Shown here one piece after another: positions 20,691 through 31,215 of a stretch of 37,670 nt of DNA. Both the position numbers and the translations under genes were made by a program. Positions within the stretch are counted from its first letter, which is position 1. Every line of letters begins with the position of its first letter. The notes under the pieces are model-generated. The model saw only the letters and a list, made by a program, of their open reading frames with translations. It was not told the DNA's origin and did no database searches. The stretch covers positions 1-37,670 of the forward strand of contig CAWBHS010000096.1 in assembly GCA_963788655.1 (NCBI GenBank). The letters run 5' to 3'. Source of the DNA: an uncultured Verrucomicrobiae bacterium. GTDB taxonomy: Bacteria; Verrucomicrobiota; Verrucomicrobiia; Limisphaerales; JAFGQR01.

Positions 20691-23600
20691 ATGAGTCGCA
20701 ACACCAGGGGAGACGCCGCTCTTCAAGGGGCAGCGATCCGTCGTAGTCATGTTAGGGGCATTGCTGCTGGGGATGGTCTGGGGCGGTGTGGGAATTACCT
20801 CCGCCCAGCGAGCCGACCATATCGCCAGCCTCTCGCTTTCCGGTGCGGATTGGTGGATTCACGAAGACGCCGACGGCGAGGGCGCGGAACGCGGGATGCC
20901 GGAAGCCAACGTCCCGTCGGCTGGCTGGGTCGCCGCCACCGTGCCGGGCAACATTCAGGCCGACCTGGAAGCGGCCCGCCGGATCCCGCCTTTCTGGTAT
21001 GAGCGTGATGACCCATTACTGGCCAAGGCTCCCAAGAGCGGAGCTTCGCTCAGTTGGGCGGCGATGTGGAATCGCCGCGACTTTACTGTCCCCGGCGGTG
21101 ATCCGCGACTGGTGGACGTGGCCCGGAAGGATTGGTGGTATCGCAAGGATTTTACCGTGCCGCCAGCGTTCGAGGGCCAGCGAGTCAAGCTGGTTTTCGA
21201 CGGCGTGGACCAGGAGTGCGAAGTCTATCTCAACGGCGACAAGATTGGCGGCCATGGCGGCATGTACCGTCAGGTCGGCTATGAGGTTGGCCCCTCGTTG
21301 AGGGCGGGTCAGGTCAATCATCTGGCAGTGCGGATCGCCAGGATGCCGCCATCGCTGGAGCGGCACATCGGGATGCCGTCGCAGATCAAAGCCTACCGCC
21401 ACGAGTTAAGCGAAATCAAATGTCCCAGCTACGGCCTCGACTGGGGCATCGGCGTCTATTCGCTGGGAATTTGGAAAGATGTTCGGCTGGAAGCCAGCGG
21501 TCCGGCCCGGATCGAAGATGTGCACGTACAGACCAAGCTCGATGAACCCTATCGGAGGGCAAATATCATCGCACGGCTGGAGGTGGATAGTCAGCAGCAA
21601 CTGGGTGCCAAAGTGCGGTTGCGAATTGAAGGCCACGGGACCAACGTCTCTACGGAGGTCGGCACCCTGTTATTGGAAGGGAGCAATCAAATTGAAGCCG
21701 TCCTAGTCCTGGACCAACCCGCCCTGTGGTGGCCCAACGGCCAGGGCGATCAGCCGTTGTATCAGCTCACAACAGAACTGGTCGATCTGGAGGGGACAAT
21801 CCTCCACCGCCGCACGACGCGGTTTGGAGTTCGTGACCTCCAGTGGGTGCCGGTGGAAAACGCGACGCCCGACGCTTCTGTTCGGTCGCAGTTGGTGGTC
21901 AACGGTCGGAAAGTGCGCCTGATGGGATCCAACATGATCCCCGCCGACCTGCTTCCCGGGCGCCAGCACACGAAGGCCGACTGGCTGCTGCGGATGGCTC
22001 ATGCGGCGGGAATGAATGTGTTGCGGATCTGGGGCGGGGGCGTGACCCCGTGCAACGAGTGGTACGACCTGGCCGACGAGCTGGGCATCATGATTCAGCA
22101 GGAAATGCCCACCACCAATTCGGGCGAAGGCTGGCCGGAGGAGTATTCCGCCTACACCGCCGCCATGGAGCGGACCGCGATCAGCATCCTCCAGCAACTT
22201 CGCAATCACCCCAGCATTGTCGAGTGGACGGGCGGCAACGAGATGGGCTGGCCGGGGAACAACTCGCCCATCCCCACCCTGCTGCGGAAACTCGTGGCGG
22301 AAATGGACGATCGGATTTTTCGCGTGACCGACCCGAGCCCGGGCTGGGCGCATGGGCCTTACAACGCCACTCCCGAACAGTTCTACCGGAGCTACAACGC
22401 CGCTCCGGCAACCCGACGGGACGAATTTGGGGCTCCTGGTCCGGCCAATCTCGAAACCTGGTACCGGGATATTCCGCCTTCATCCCAATGGCCGCTGCAA
22501 TCGAATGATCCGGTTTTGGTCGTCAAAAATGTAATCTATGGCTGGCTGGGAAACACTTGGTTGCAGCCGCAAGTTATCGCAAGTCTGTTCGGCTTATTGC
22601 CGGACTTACCCTCGTTGGTCAAGGCGGGGCAGTGGATCAGCGCCGACGAGCTTCGCTATGCGATGGATGCGATGCGGCGGGGCGGGCTGCGGACCAGCGG
22701 ATTCATGAACTGGGTCTTCAACGAACCCTGGTCGAACGGGGCGGGCAATACGGTGGTGGATTATGATGGCCGGCCCCTGATGAATTACTACTGGGCCAGG
22801 CAGGCGCTGACGCCCATCAGCCTGTCCCTCAAATTTGACAGCCTGCGTTACCAACCGGACCAAGGTTTGCAATTCGAAGTCTGGCTGACCAGCGATTCGC
22901 CCTGGCCGGCAAGAGAATTGTCCTGGCAACTGCTCGCGCGCGACCGGCACGGCAAGGTTTTTGCGACCGACCAGGGCCAGGCGAATATCGATCCGTTGCA
23001 GGTCAAGCGGCTTCGGGCGATTTCCGTGGGGATTCCGGCTGAAATATCCTACGGACCCATTTTCGTCGAAATGCAATTACTGGATGCCAAGGGCAGGACG
23101 CTACAGGAGCGGTTGCAGATCTTCGGTTGCGATCTTCTGGTGGCGCCGTTTCGGGGCCTGCTGGGAGGGCGGCCGCCGGACCAGGAGGGGGTTGCGGATG
23201 CATTTCACCTCACGGCGCTTAATAATCTTGCCAGTGTCGCCAATGGAGCGAAACCGGCCACGGCCACCTCGAGCCGAACGGAGCCATACCACCAGCCGGC
23301 GGGAATTAATGACGGGAAATATGGCAACGACGCCAGTTGGATACCGGTATTGCCAAAATCCTCATTCCAAATTGAGCTGGGCGAGCCGGCTGCGGTGAAC
23401 CTTTTCAAGCTCAGCCGTGACCGCAACGGACAATACCGCGACCGCTGGGTTGATTACCTCAAGATCGAGACTTCGCTGGATCACTCACAGTGGCATGCGG
23501 TCTTTGAGCAATCCGCCATCCAGAGTCTGCCCGACTTCAATCCTGGCGGGGTGATGACGATCCGCATCGATCCCCGGCGCGCCCATTTTGTGCGGGTGAT

Positions 23601-24533
23601 GGTCGAGGCTCAGTCACCCGGAACCGGTGAGTTTCCTTGTATCGATGAGTTTGAGGTCTTTGCGACGGGTGACGATCAACGCAATTTGCCGCGAATCTCA
23701 TTCGGTGCCGGCAGACTGAATGAGTGGCGTTCGGTAGCTCGTACCACGCTCGAGGTGTCGCCGTTGCCGCCACGCGTCGAAGCCGGGCAGGAGGTCCTCG
23801 AATTGCAGGTAAAGAATGCCGGCAGCATGACGGCCCTGTTTTGTTTGCCTCATCCGCTGATCGAGTACCCGGACGGATCTTTTCATCGATTCCGGCGAAT
23901 GCTCCATTCCACCGGGCCAGTCCCGGAGGATTACGATCCGCTCCGCCGTGCGGAGCGATGGTGGTCCAAGTCTGGCCCAAACCGGCTGGCGGCTTTCGTG
24001 CTGGAACGCCGCCGAGGTAGTGCTTGAGCCGAGTAACGACGTGCTATTGGCTCTGGGCCGCCGGGACGCGATGTGCTGCGAGTTCGCCGGCTATTTCGAT
24101 TCAGGCAGCGTCTCGGAGGCGTCCCGGTTGCTGGTCCAAGGTAATCGTCCCGATCCGGCCCGCGTTCCCTACTTGCTCGACGGCGACCGCGTCGTGCAAT
24201 TCGAGTTCCAACTGCGCGAGGACCAGGCGAAACAGCCGGCTCTGCTGCGACTGCACACGGCCGACCAATCGAACCAAGCTGGAGCTGTCGTCGAAGCCAC
24301 CGTTAACGGAAGGTTGTTCGCGCATTCGTTGCCCAAAGGACTGGGGGTCCAGAATACCCAAGCCGCCCATTTGGCCTTCCCGGCGACCTTGGCTTTTCAG
24401 CTCCCCAAGGACGTGTTGCGAGCCGGGCACGAATACCGTGCAAGTCCGCGTCAAAAAGGGTGGTTGGTTCACCTGGGACGCGATGGATCTAACGGCGAGA
24501 GGTGAGCCTTCGAGGGAACGGCAGCAGCGATAA
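20691..24533 (+). CDS. GH2 (beta-mannosidase-like) glycoside hydrolase with F5/8-type-C module, paralogue 2; frameshifts near 23868 and 24427, and probably near 20708
   Basis: Same architecture as 16921-20678: GMNVLRIWGGG, RNHPSIVEWTGGNE, DEFG and a matching C-terminus (GWFTWDAMDL). The start is either the RBS-preceded ATG at 20691 (needs one frameshift in a G-run) or the ATG at 20749. Confidence 0.85.
23978..24208 (+). repeat. Dispersed direct repeat shared by the two GH2 paralogues (copy 2)
   Basis: Same alignment as for 20151-20381. Confidence 0.9.
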
Positions 24534-24554
24534 AACCCATAACCACGAATCAAT

Positions 24555-24875
24555 GTGACCGAGCAATTGAGATCAACCAGCCGCCGCCGCTATCTTCTGA
24601 GTATCCACAGTCCGGCCGAACCCGTGGCGATATTCAAGGGAACAACACCCCTGACCCGGCAGCAGACGAGCGATGAATTGCTGGCCGATGGAGCCAAGCG
24701 GGGCTGGTCTTTCGACAAGACAAACCGCATTGTCTGGATCAAGCCGATGGCTGGATGGTACTATGCCGTGGATGAGCGCAAAGCCGGTGATCCGGAGAAG
24801 GACTCCGTCCACTGGTTGGAATCTGCCCAACCTGAAGAAAAATTTTATGACCTGCGCATTCAACTTGCCCTGTGA
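24555..24875 (+). pseudogene. Short ORF resembling an orphan C-terminal beta-sandwich of a glycoside hydrolase (GH31 DUF5110-like)
   Basis: RRYLLSIH..P..I..G..L...L....GWSFDK...IVWIK pattern. No signal peptide, no catalytic domain and a weak GTG start. Confidence 0.35.
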
Positions 24876-24900
24876 ACTGAGCAACCAGCGAGGCCGGACA

Positions 24901-27900
24901 ATGTGCCCTCCATTCGTTGCCCTGGCCGCCGGCGCGCTGTTCGCCCTGGCCAACCCGGGCCGTGCCGAAGTGAAAGTTATCGCCGAATACCGGCTGGGAG
25001 CCAGCACGCCGCAGATCACTTATGCCGCCGGGCCGGAAACACTGACGGATGCCGCGGGCACAAACCACCCGCTCGAGCGGACAGGCAATCCGCGCTTCGT
25101 GGCTTCCGCGCCCGCCGTGCCGTCCGCTCAAGGCGCGGGCGCGCTCGCGTTCAATGGGACCAACGACGCCTACGTCCGCACCGGCGCCCTCTTCGATCGC
25201 AATGACCGTTTCGGTTTGGAAGCCTGGGTGAATTCAAGCGAAGCATCGGTCAAAGGTCTCAAGGGCGTCGTGGCCAATGGCAATGGCGCCTTGGGCTACG
25301 TGCTTGGTCAGAGCGGCAACCGTTGGGTGGTCTTTGTTGGTTGCGTCGGCGCGTTCGATATCGGACCGGTCACGCCGGGCCAATGGACTCACCTCGCCCT
25401 GGTCAACGACGACAATGAACTGGCCGCCTACCTGGACGGCGAAAAGATTCGCGCGGTCTCACCCACTCCGGAGATCAAGCCCGTTTTTCGCATCGGCACG
25501 GCCGGCTTGCCCGAGGAACACTTCAAGGGACTGGTCCACACCGTGCGCATTTTCACGTTTGCCCCGGGAGGATTTGATGCCCGCCGCGACTTCCTGCTGG
25601 ACTACGAGCAGCGGCGCAAAGTGGCACAACAGCAGCGCGACGAACAGGCGGCCTTCATCCGACGCCTGGGCCGGCCGCAACCCGGCGTCTCCGTGGTTCA
25701 GGAGTTGGACCTCCAACCGGCTGCGGGCGATTGGTTGATCACGCCGCCCGACCAACCGGTCCAACTCCAGGTGGAGCCGTCAGCCGATGGACAATCGGCG
25801 CGGTTCGTGCTGGGCAATGGATTGATCACCCGTTCGTTCTATGTCAGCCAAAATCTGGCATGCGACAGCTATCGCAACCTGCGGAACCGGGCGGAGTTCG
25901 TCCGCGCGGTCAAACCGGAAATGCGCCTCAAACTTGACGGAACATGGTATGACGTCGGTGGCCTGACCGGTCAACCGGAACGGGCTTACTTGGTGGAAGG
26001 CTGGCTGAAGGACATGCGGAGTTCGCCAAACGCCTTCCGGATCACAGGCTTGACAACCGGCCAACCCATCGAACGCCATCCCTGGAAGCCCAAATTCAAT
26101 GCCCCCAACTTACCCTGGCCACCCAAGGGGTTAAGGGTCTCGATGCACTACGCGCCGCCGAAAACAATCGATCCGCGGTACCAGGATCTCAAATTGACCG
26201 TGCATTACGAGATGTACGAAGGCATTCCCGTGTTGGCGAAATCCTTCACCTTGGAGAATGCCGCCGACGAACCGGTGCTGGTCGAGGAGATCGAGACGGA
26301 GATCCTGGCGGTACCGCAAGACCAGATCAGCAACATCCACGCCGAGAGTGATTACTCGTTCCATCTGGCCAACCACTCTCCCGATGATTGCCATGCGGCC
26401 GGGGCTCATTCGAAGGCCATTCAATGGGATGCGCCGTTGTACCTGGCCGGCCGGACCACCACCGATTGGCGCGTGGATCCCGAGCTGGATTCCTGGGCCC
26501 ATCCGACGGCCATCGAAGACAAGTTCCTGGGCCACACCTTTCGCAACATGATGGTCAGCCGCATTCCGGTTGGGCCATCCCAACTCGTGCCGCCAGGTCA
26601 GGCCTTCAAGTCGCACATTACTTTCGAACTCCTTCAAGACAGCACCGACCGCGAACGCTGCTCGCTTGGGGTGCGCCGGATGTATCGCACCCTTTGCCCG
26701 CAGGTCAACGAGAGCCTCCTCACCGCTGCTTGTCCTTCCCAGGATCCGACGGTGATCAAGAAATTGCTCGATCAGATGGGTGAGTTGGGCTTCGAAAGCT
26801 ACTGCATCACGTTCTGGCCCGGGGTTAGCCATGACAATCTCGATCCGGCGTATGTGGCAAAGTGGAAAGACATCGCCGATTACGCCAAAGCCAAGGGAAT
26901 TATCGTGAGCGGCTACGAGTTGATGGTGGCTTCTCGCGGACGCGGCGCCACGCAAGATTGCATCGATCCGGCCACCGGCAAGCCCGGCAGCCCATTCGGC
27001 CAGTCGCTCTGTTTGGGCACTCAATGGGCCGACGATTATTTCCAACGCGTCTGGAAATTCATCGACCAGACCGGCTTCATGGGCATTGCGGTCGATGGTC
27101 CGTATCATGGCTGCCCTTGCGCTTCGACCGTGCACAAACACCATCGTGGTTTGGCCGATTCCCAGTGGGTGCAATGGCAGCAACAGAAACGAATGTTCAA
27201 GGAAGAACAGCGTCGTGGCATGACTGCGGGGGCACCGGACTGGTATTTTTGGAACGGGCAATCCAGCACCAGTCTCGGCTACCGCGAGGCCAGCGCCAAC
27301 CTGCCGCGCGAACTGGGCCTGCTACTTTACCGCCAATACATTTACGATGGCACTTGGTTCAAACCACCCACCATGGGCGGCATGGGCATCGGGTTGATCG
27401 GCACGTACAATAATGATCCGCGCGCAATGCTTGAGCCGCTGGACCAGAACCTGGACTGGTACAAGTTGAATCTCCTCCAACTGCTCGGCTCCGGTTGCCA
27501 GGCCAGTTTGCGCGCCAACCGGCTTTACGATACGGAGCGGACGCGGCGGATGGTCCGCCAGTGGGTTGACTGGTACAAGAAATACCGTCCTATTCTGACG
27601 TCCGACATTATCCATGTGCAACGCCCTGATGGGCGCGACCTCGACTGTATTATGCACGTCAATCCCCAACTCGCGGACAAGGGATTGGTCCTCTTCTTCA
27701 ATCCGTTGACCGAATCCCTGACTCGCACGGTGCGATTGCCGCTCTATTACACCGGCCTGACGGACACCGCCTGGATCCGCGAGCGGGAAAACGAGGCCCG
27801 ACCATATAAGCTGAGCCGGGATTACGACGCGGAACTCAGTGTCGCGTTGCCGCCGCGAGGAGTCACTTGGTTCGTAATCAGCGACCGCAACGCGACGAAA

Positions 27901-27915
27901 CCTGTCAACCAGTAA
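24901..27915 (+). CDS. Secreted LamG/ConA-like domain + GH36-like (alpha-galactosidase-like) protein
   Basis: Signal peptide (FVALAAGALFALANPGRA) and LamG motifs (FGLEAWV, GQWTHLALV, AYLDG, FKGLVHTVRIF). The barrel region has IAVDGPYHG, PDWYF.NG...GYRE and SDIIHVQRPDGRDLD. The ORF is intact. Confidence 0.7.
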   Translation: MCPPFVALAAGALFALANPGRAEVKVIAEYRLGASTPQITYAAGPETLTDAAGTNHPLERTGNPRFVASAPAVPSAQGAGALAFNGTNDAYVRTGALFDRNDRFGLEAWVNSSEASVKGLKGVVANGNGALGYVLGQSGNRWVVFVGCVGAFDIGPVTPGQWTHLALVNDDNELAAYLDGEKIRAVSPTPEIKPVFRIGTAGLPEEHFKGLVHTVRIFTFAPGGFDARRDFLLDYEQRRKVAQQQRDEQAAFIRRLGRPQPGVSVVQELDLQPAAGDWLITPPDQPVQLQVEPSADGQSARFVLGNGLITRSFYVSQNLACDSYRNLRNRAEFVRAVKPEMRLKLDGTWYDVGGLTGQPERAYLVEGWLKDMRSSPNAFRITGLTTGQPIERHPWKPKFNAPNLPWPPKGLRVSMHYAPPKTIDPRYQDLKLTVHYEMYEGIPVLAKSFTLENAADEPVLVEEIETEILAVPQDQISNIHAESDYSFHLANHSPDDCHAAGAHSKAIQWDAPLYLAGRTTTDWRVDPELDSWAHPTAIEDKFLGHTFRNMMVSRIPVGPSQLVPPGQAFKSHITFELLQDSTDRERCSLGVRRMYRTLCPQVNESLLTAACPSQDPTVIKKLLDQMGELGFESYCITFWPGVSHDNLDPAYVAKWKDIADYAKAKGIIVSGYELMVASRGRGATQDCIDPATGKPGSPFGQSLCLGTQWADDYFQRVWKFIDQTGFMGIAVDGPYHGCPCASTVHKHHRGLADSQWVQWQQQKRMFKEEQRRGMTAGAPDWYFWNGQSSTSLGYREASANLPRELGLLLYRQYIYDGTWFKPPTMGGMGIGLIGTYNNDPRAMLEPLDQNLDWYKLNLLQLLGSGCQASLRANRLYDTERTRRMVRQWVDWYKKYRPILTSDIIHVQRPDGRDLDCIMHVNPQLADKGLVLFFNPLTESLTRTVRLPLYYTGLTDTAWIRERENEARPYKLSRDYDAELSVALPPRGVTWFVISDRNATKPVNQ

Positions 27916-27970
27916 CCCAATGGCACTTTCCCATTCCATGAAATCCCAATCCAAAACCCCACCCCTCCCC

Positions 27971-30900
27971 ATGAAACACCCTGTCTCATTCCGTTGCGCA
28001 ACCGCGCTCATCGCGGTGTTGGCGCCACTGTTTCTCCACCTGCCTGCTTCGGCCGCGGAGCGGACAAATCGACCCGACCAAGCCCGCCGCGAAATTGCGG
28101 AAGAAGAGTTCGCCGCCCACGCCGCGACGATGGGGGCGGACCCGGCGAAGAACACCCTGGTCACCTCCATCGAGTTTTCGCCGCGCGAGGCGCGTTTCGT
28201 GCGGTTGGTCATCCACCGGTCGAATGGCGGCCAGCCGTGCCTCGATGAGCTCGAGGTGTATGGGCCGGACTCGCCAGCGAATCTTGCGCTGACCAGCCGC
28301 GGCGCCGTGCCGCGCGCGTCGTCCCTCCTTCCTGGTTACGCCATTCATGCCGTGAAACATCTGAACGACGGCCTTTACGGCAACGCCCATAGCTGGATCG
28401 CCGCCACGGTCGGAGACGAATGGGCGCAGATTGACCTGCCCGCGCCGGCGCGGATTTCGCGGGTGGTCCTCTCGCGCGATCGGAACGGGCAGTTCAGCGA
28501 CCGGCAGATCCTGGAGGCGGACGTGCGCCTTTCGTCCGACGGCCAAACCTGGCAGACCGTTGCGTCCCTGACCCGCGCGGCCAGTGAGCTGCGGCCTCCC
28601 CAGCCAGCGATGACGCTCCCGCTGGCGGAGCTGCCGGAGCCAACCTGGGCTGGCGCCGTCATCTACGCGTTCCTGAAAGAACGGGACACGTGGAGCCGAA
28701 TGGACGCGCACGACTACCTATCACCCCTGGTGAACGACCGACCAGCCTCGCCGGGCGGACCGCTCTACTGGGGGCGCATCGCCCGCCTGGCACCGCTGGA
28801 GCGCACGCTGGTCCAGTTCGAGGAAATGATTGTGCGCCTGGCGGCCCTGGGCCTCGAGGTCGGCACGGAGCGGGCCGAACTCGCCGAGCTGCGCCGGCAG
28901 GCCAAGGATCCGGCGGCGGCGGCTTCGGACGCGCTCTACCTGGCCGCGCGACAGGCCAAACGCCGGCTCTTCTTCCGCGACCCCCGGCTCGCGCCGCTCG
29001 AACACGTGCTTTTTGCCAAGCACCACCCCCTCCACCCCTCGCACAATTACAGCGAGCATTTGGATTCGCTGTTTATCCCCGGCGGAGGGATCTGCGTGCT
29101 GCAAATCCCGCGCGATGCCGCGGGACGGCTGAATCCAGCGCGGGCGGAGGTCCAAACTCTCTTCGATGGCAGTGCCGGCATCGTGCGCCACCCGATCGCC
29201 GATTTCGAGGCGCGCACCATCTACTTCGCCTACCGTCCGGACAAGCCGGAAGTGGACGGCTGGAAGTCCTATTGGCACCTGATGTCCATGCGCATTGACG
29301 GCGGTGGCCTGCGCCAATTGACCGAGGGTCCCTATCACGATTTCGATCCGGTCCCGCTGCCCGACGGGGCGTTGGGTTTCATGACCACTCGCTGTCAGGC
29401 GCGGTTTCTCTGCTGGGAACCGCAAGCCTACGTGCTGTACCGCATGCAGCCCGACGGCACAGACCTGCGCCGGCTCTCGTACGCGAACCTCAGCGAATGG
29501 GATCCGGCTGTGATGCGGGATGGGCGGATTCTGTGGACGCGCTCGGAGTACCTGGACAAGGGCGCCGACTTCGGCCACACGCTCTGGGCCATCCATCCCA
29601 ATGGCGATCATCCCGAGCTGGTCTTCGGCAACGATACCCCCTACTGCTACGGCCATGGCGCGCGAGGTGCCTGACAGCCAGGAAATCGTCTGCACGATCA
29701 TCTCCCACGGCGATCACCAGGGGCCGATCGCGCTGATCGATCCCGGCAAAGGTCGATACAACACCGCCGCCATCACCAGCATCACTCCGGACACCCGGCC
29801 GCAGTACCAGATGGACCGGTCTCACTACGAGACCTTCCGCGATCCCGAGCCAATCTCGCGCGACCATTTCCTGGTCAGCTCACAGTCCCGGCCGACGGCC
29901 GCACTGGGGCTTGTATGTCATCGATCGTTTCGGAAACCGCGAGTTGCTTTATCTCGATCCGTTGATCAGCAGCCTGCGGCCCTCTCTGTTGCGCGCTCGC
30001 CCGCGCCCCCCGGTGCTGCAGGAGAAAACTCACAATCCCTTGCTGGCGCAACAGGGGCTCGGCCAATTCACGATCCAGGACGTGTACGAAGGCCTCGGCT
30101 CGACGGTGGCCCACGGCCAGGCGAAATATCTGGAGGTTTCCCAGGAGGTGCCGGCTCCCCTGAAGAAACTTGCCGACGGCGAATTTCGGTCCTCGCATCC
30201 GGGCTTTCAGGATTACTACGCCACGCCGGTCCATCTGGTGACAGGCCCTGCCGAAAGTTATACCACCCGAACCGCCAACGCGCTCGAGCCCCACGCCTTC
30301 CGGCAAGGGAGCGCCGCCCCGGCGACGAACGGAGCAGTCACCGTCACCGAACGCGACGGTTGGCCCAGCTATGTGGCCAAGGCGGTGTTGGGCACGGTTC
30401 CCATCGCCGAGGACGGTTCGGTGAACTTTACCGCCCCATCCGGCAAGGTGCTGTATTTCCACCTGCTCGACGAGCACTTCAATGAACTGCAACGCATGCG
30501 CAGCGTGGTCCAGCTTCAGCCGGGCGAACAGCGTAGTTGCATCGGCTGCCACGACGAACGACGCGGCGCGCCGCTACGGCAAGCCGGTCTGGCGCTCACC
30601 CGGCCGGTGCGGGCGCTCACCCCGCCACCTTGGGGCGCCGTGCCCTTTGATTACGAACGGGTCGTCCAGCCGGTTCTGAACGCAAACTGCGTCCGCTGCC
30701 ACGAACCCAAGTCGGACGCGAAACCAGATCTTCGGGGCACCCTCGACGCCAACCGCGTGCCCGCTTCCTACCGCTCGCTGATCGCGGGAGGATGGGTGCA
30801 TTACTTCGACTGGCATTACGGCTCGCGCCATTTCAAGGCGGAACCGCTTTCCTTCGGCACGCTTCAGAGTCGCCTGTTCACGGTGCTGGCGGACCAGCAG

Positions 30901-31089
30901 CACCAGACCGTCACCCTCAAGCCCGATGATCTGCGTGCGCTGAAGGCCTGGATCGACCTGAACTGCCCTCTCTGGCCGGACTATCAATACCGGCCAGAGC
31001 GTCCGCTGGAACCGATCGCCACGATACCGGACCCACCGGGTACAGGCGAACGGCTTGCTCGGGCTATGGGGGCAGTCGAGCGGGAATAG
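27971..31089 (+). CDS. Secreted HzsA-related protein: permuted F5/8-type-C module, TolB-like beta-propeller, hydrazine-synthase-alpha-like middle domain, two c-type haem motifs; frameshifts near 29657 and 29880
   Basis: Signal peptide; propeller repeats (DGGGLRQLT.GPYHDFDP, DGTDLRRLS...EWDP..DGRILWTR); LGTVPIAEDGS...LYFHLLD...MRS...QPGE..SCIGCH (30538-30552); CVRCH (30688-30702). Alternative ATGs at 27920 and 27938. Confidence 0.8.
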
Positions 31090-31215
31090 TTGCTACGATC
31101 AGATCACCTTGGAGCAACCCACCCCCATGCCGACTACGTTGCCCTGAAGCTCAAAACGTCTTCACGGCCAAACGAGCTTTGAAGTAGCAACCTCCCAACG
31201 CACCCAAAGAACGCT

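Noticed and set aside
20151..24208. Repeats as a CRISPR array, DGR template/variable repeat pair or IS ends
   Set aside because: Only two copies, both in-frame in paralogous coding regions; mismatches are not adenine-specific, and no reverse transcriptase, cas or transposase gene is present.
27971..31089. Anammox hydrazine synthase
   Set aside because: No hzsB/hzsC or hydroxylamine-oxidoreductase-like genes in the window; the context is entirely carbohydrate-related and the protein carries an extra discoidin module.
31127..31147. Tiny ORF MPTTLP after a GGAG in the 31090-31215 gap
   Set aside because: Too short, with no attenuator-like structure or other support.
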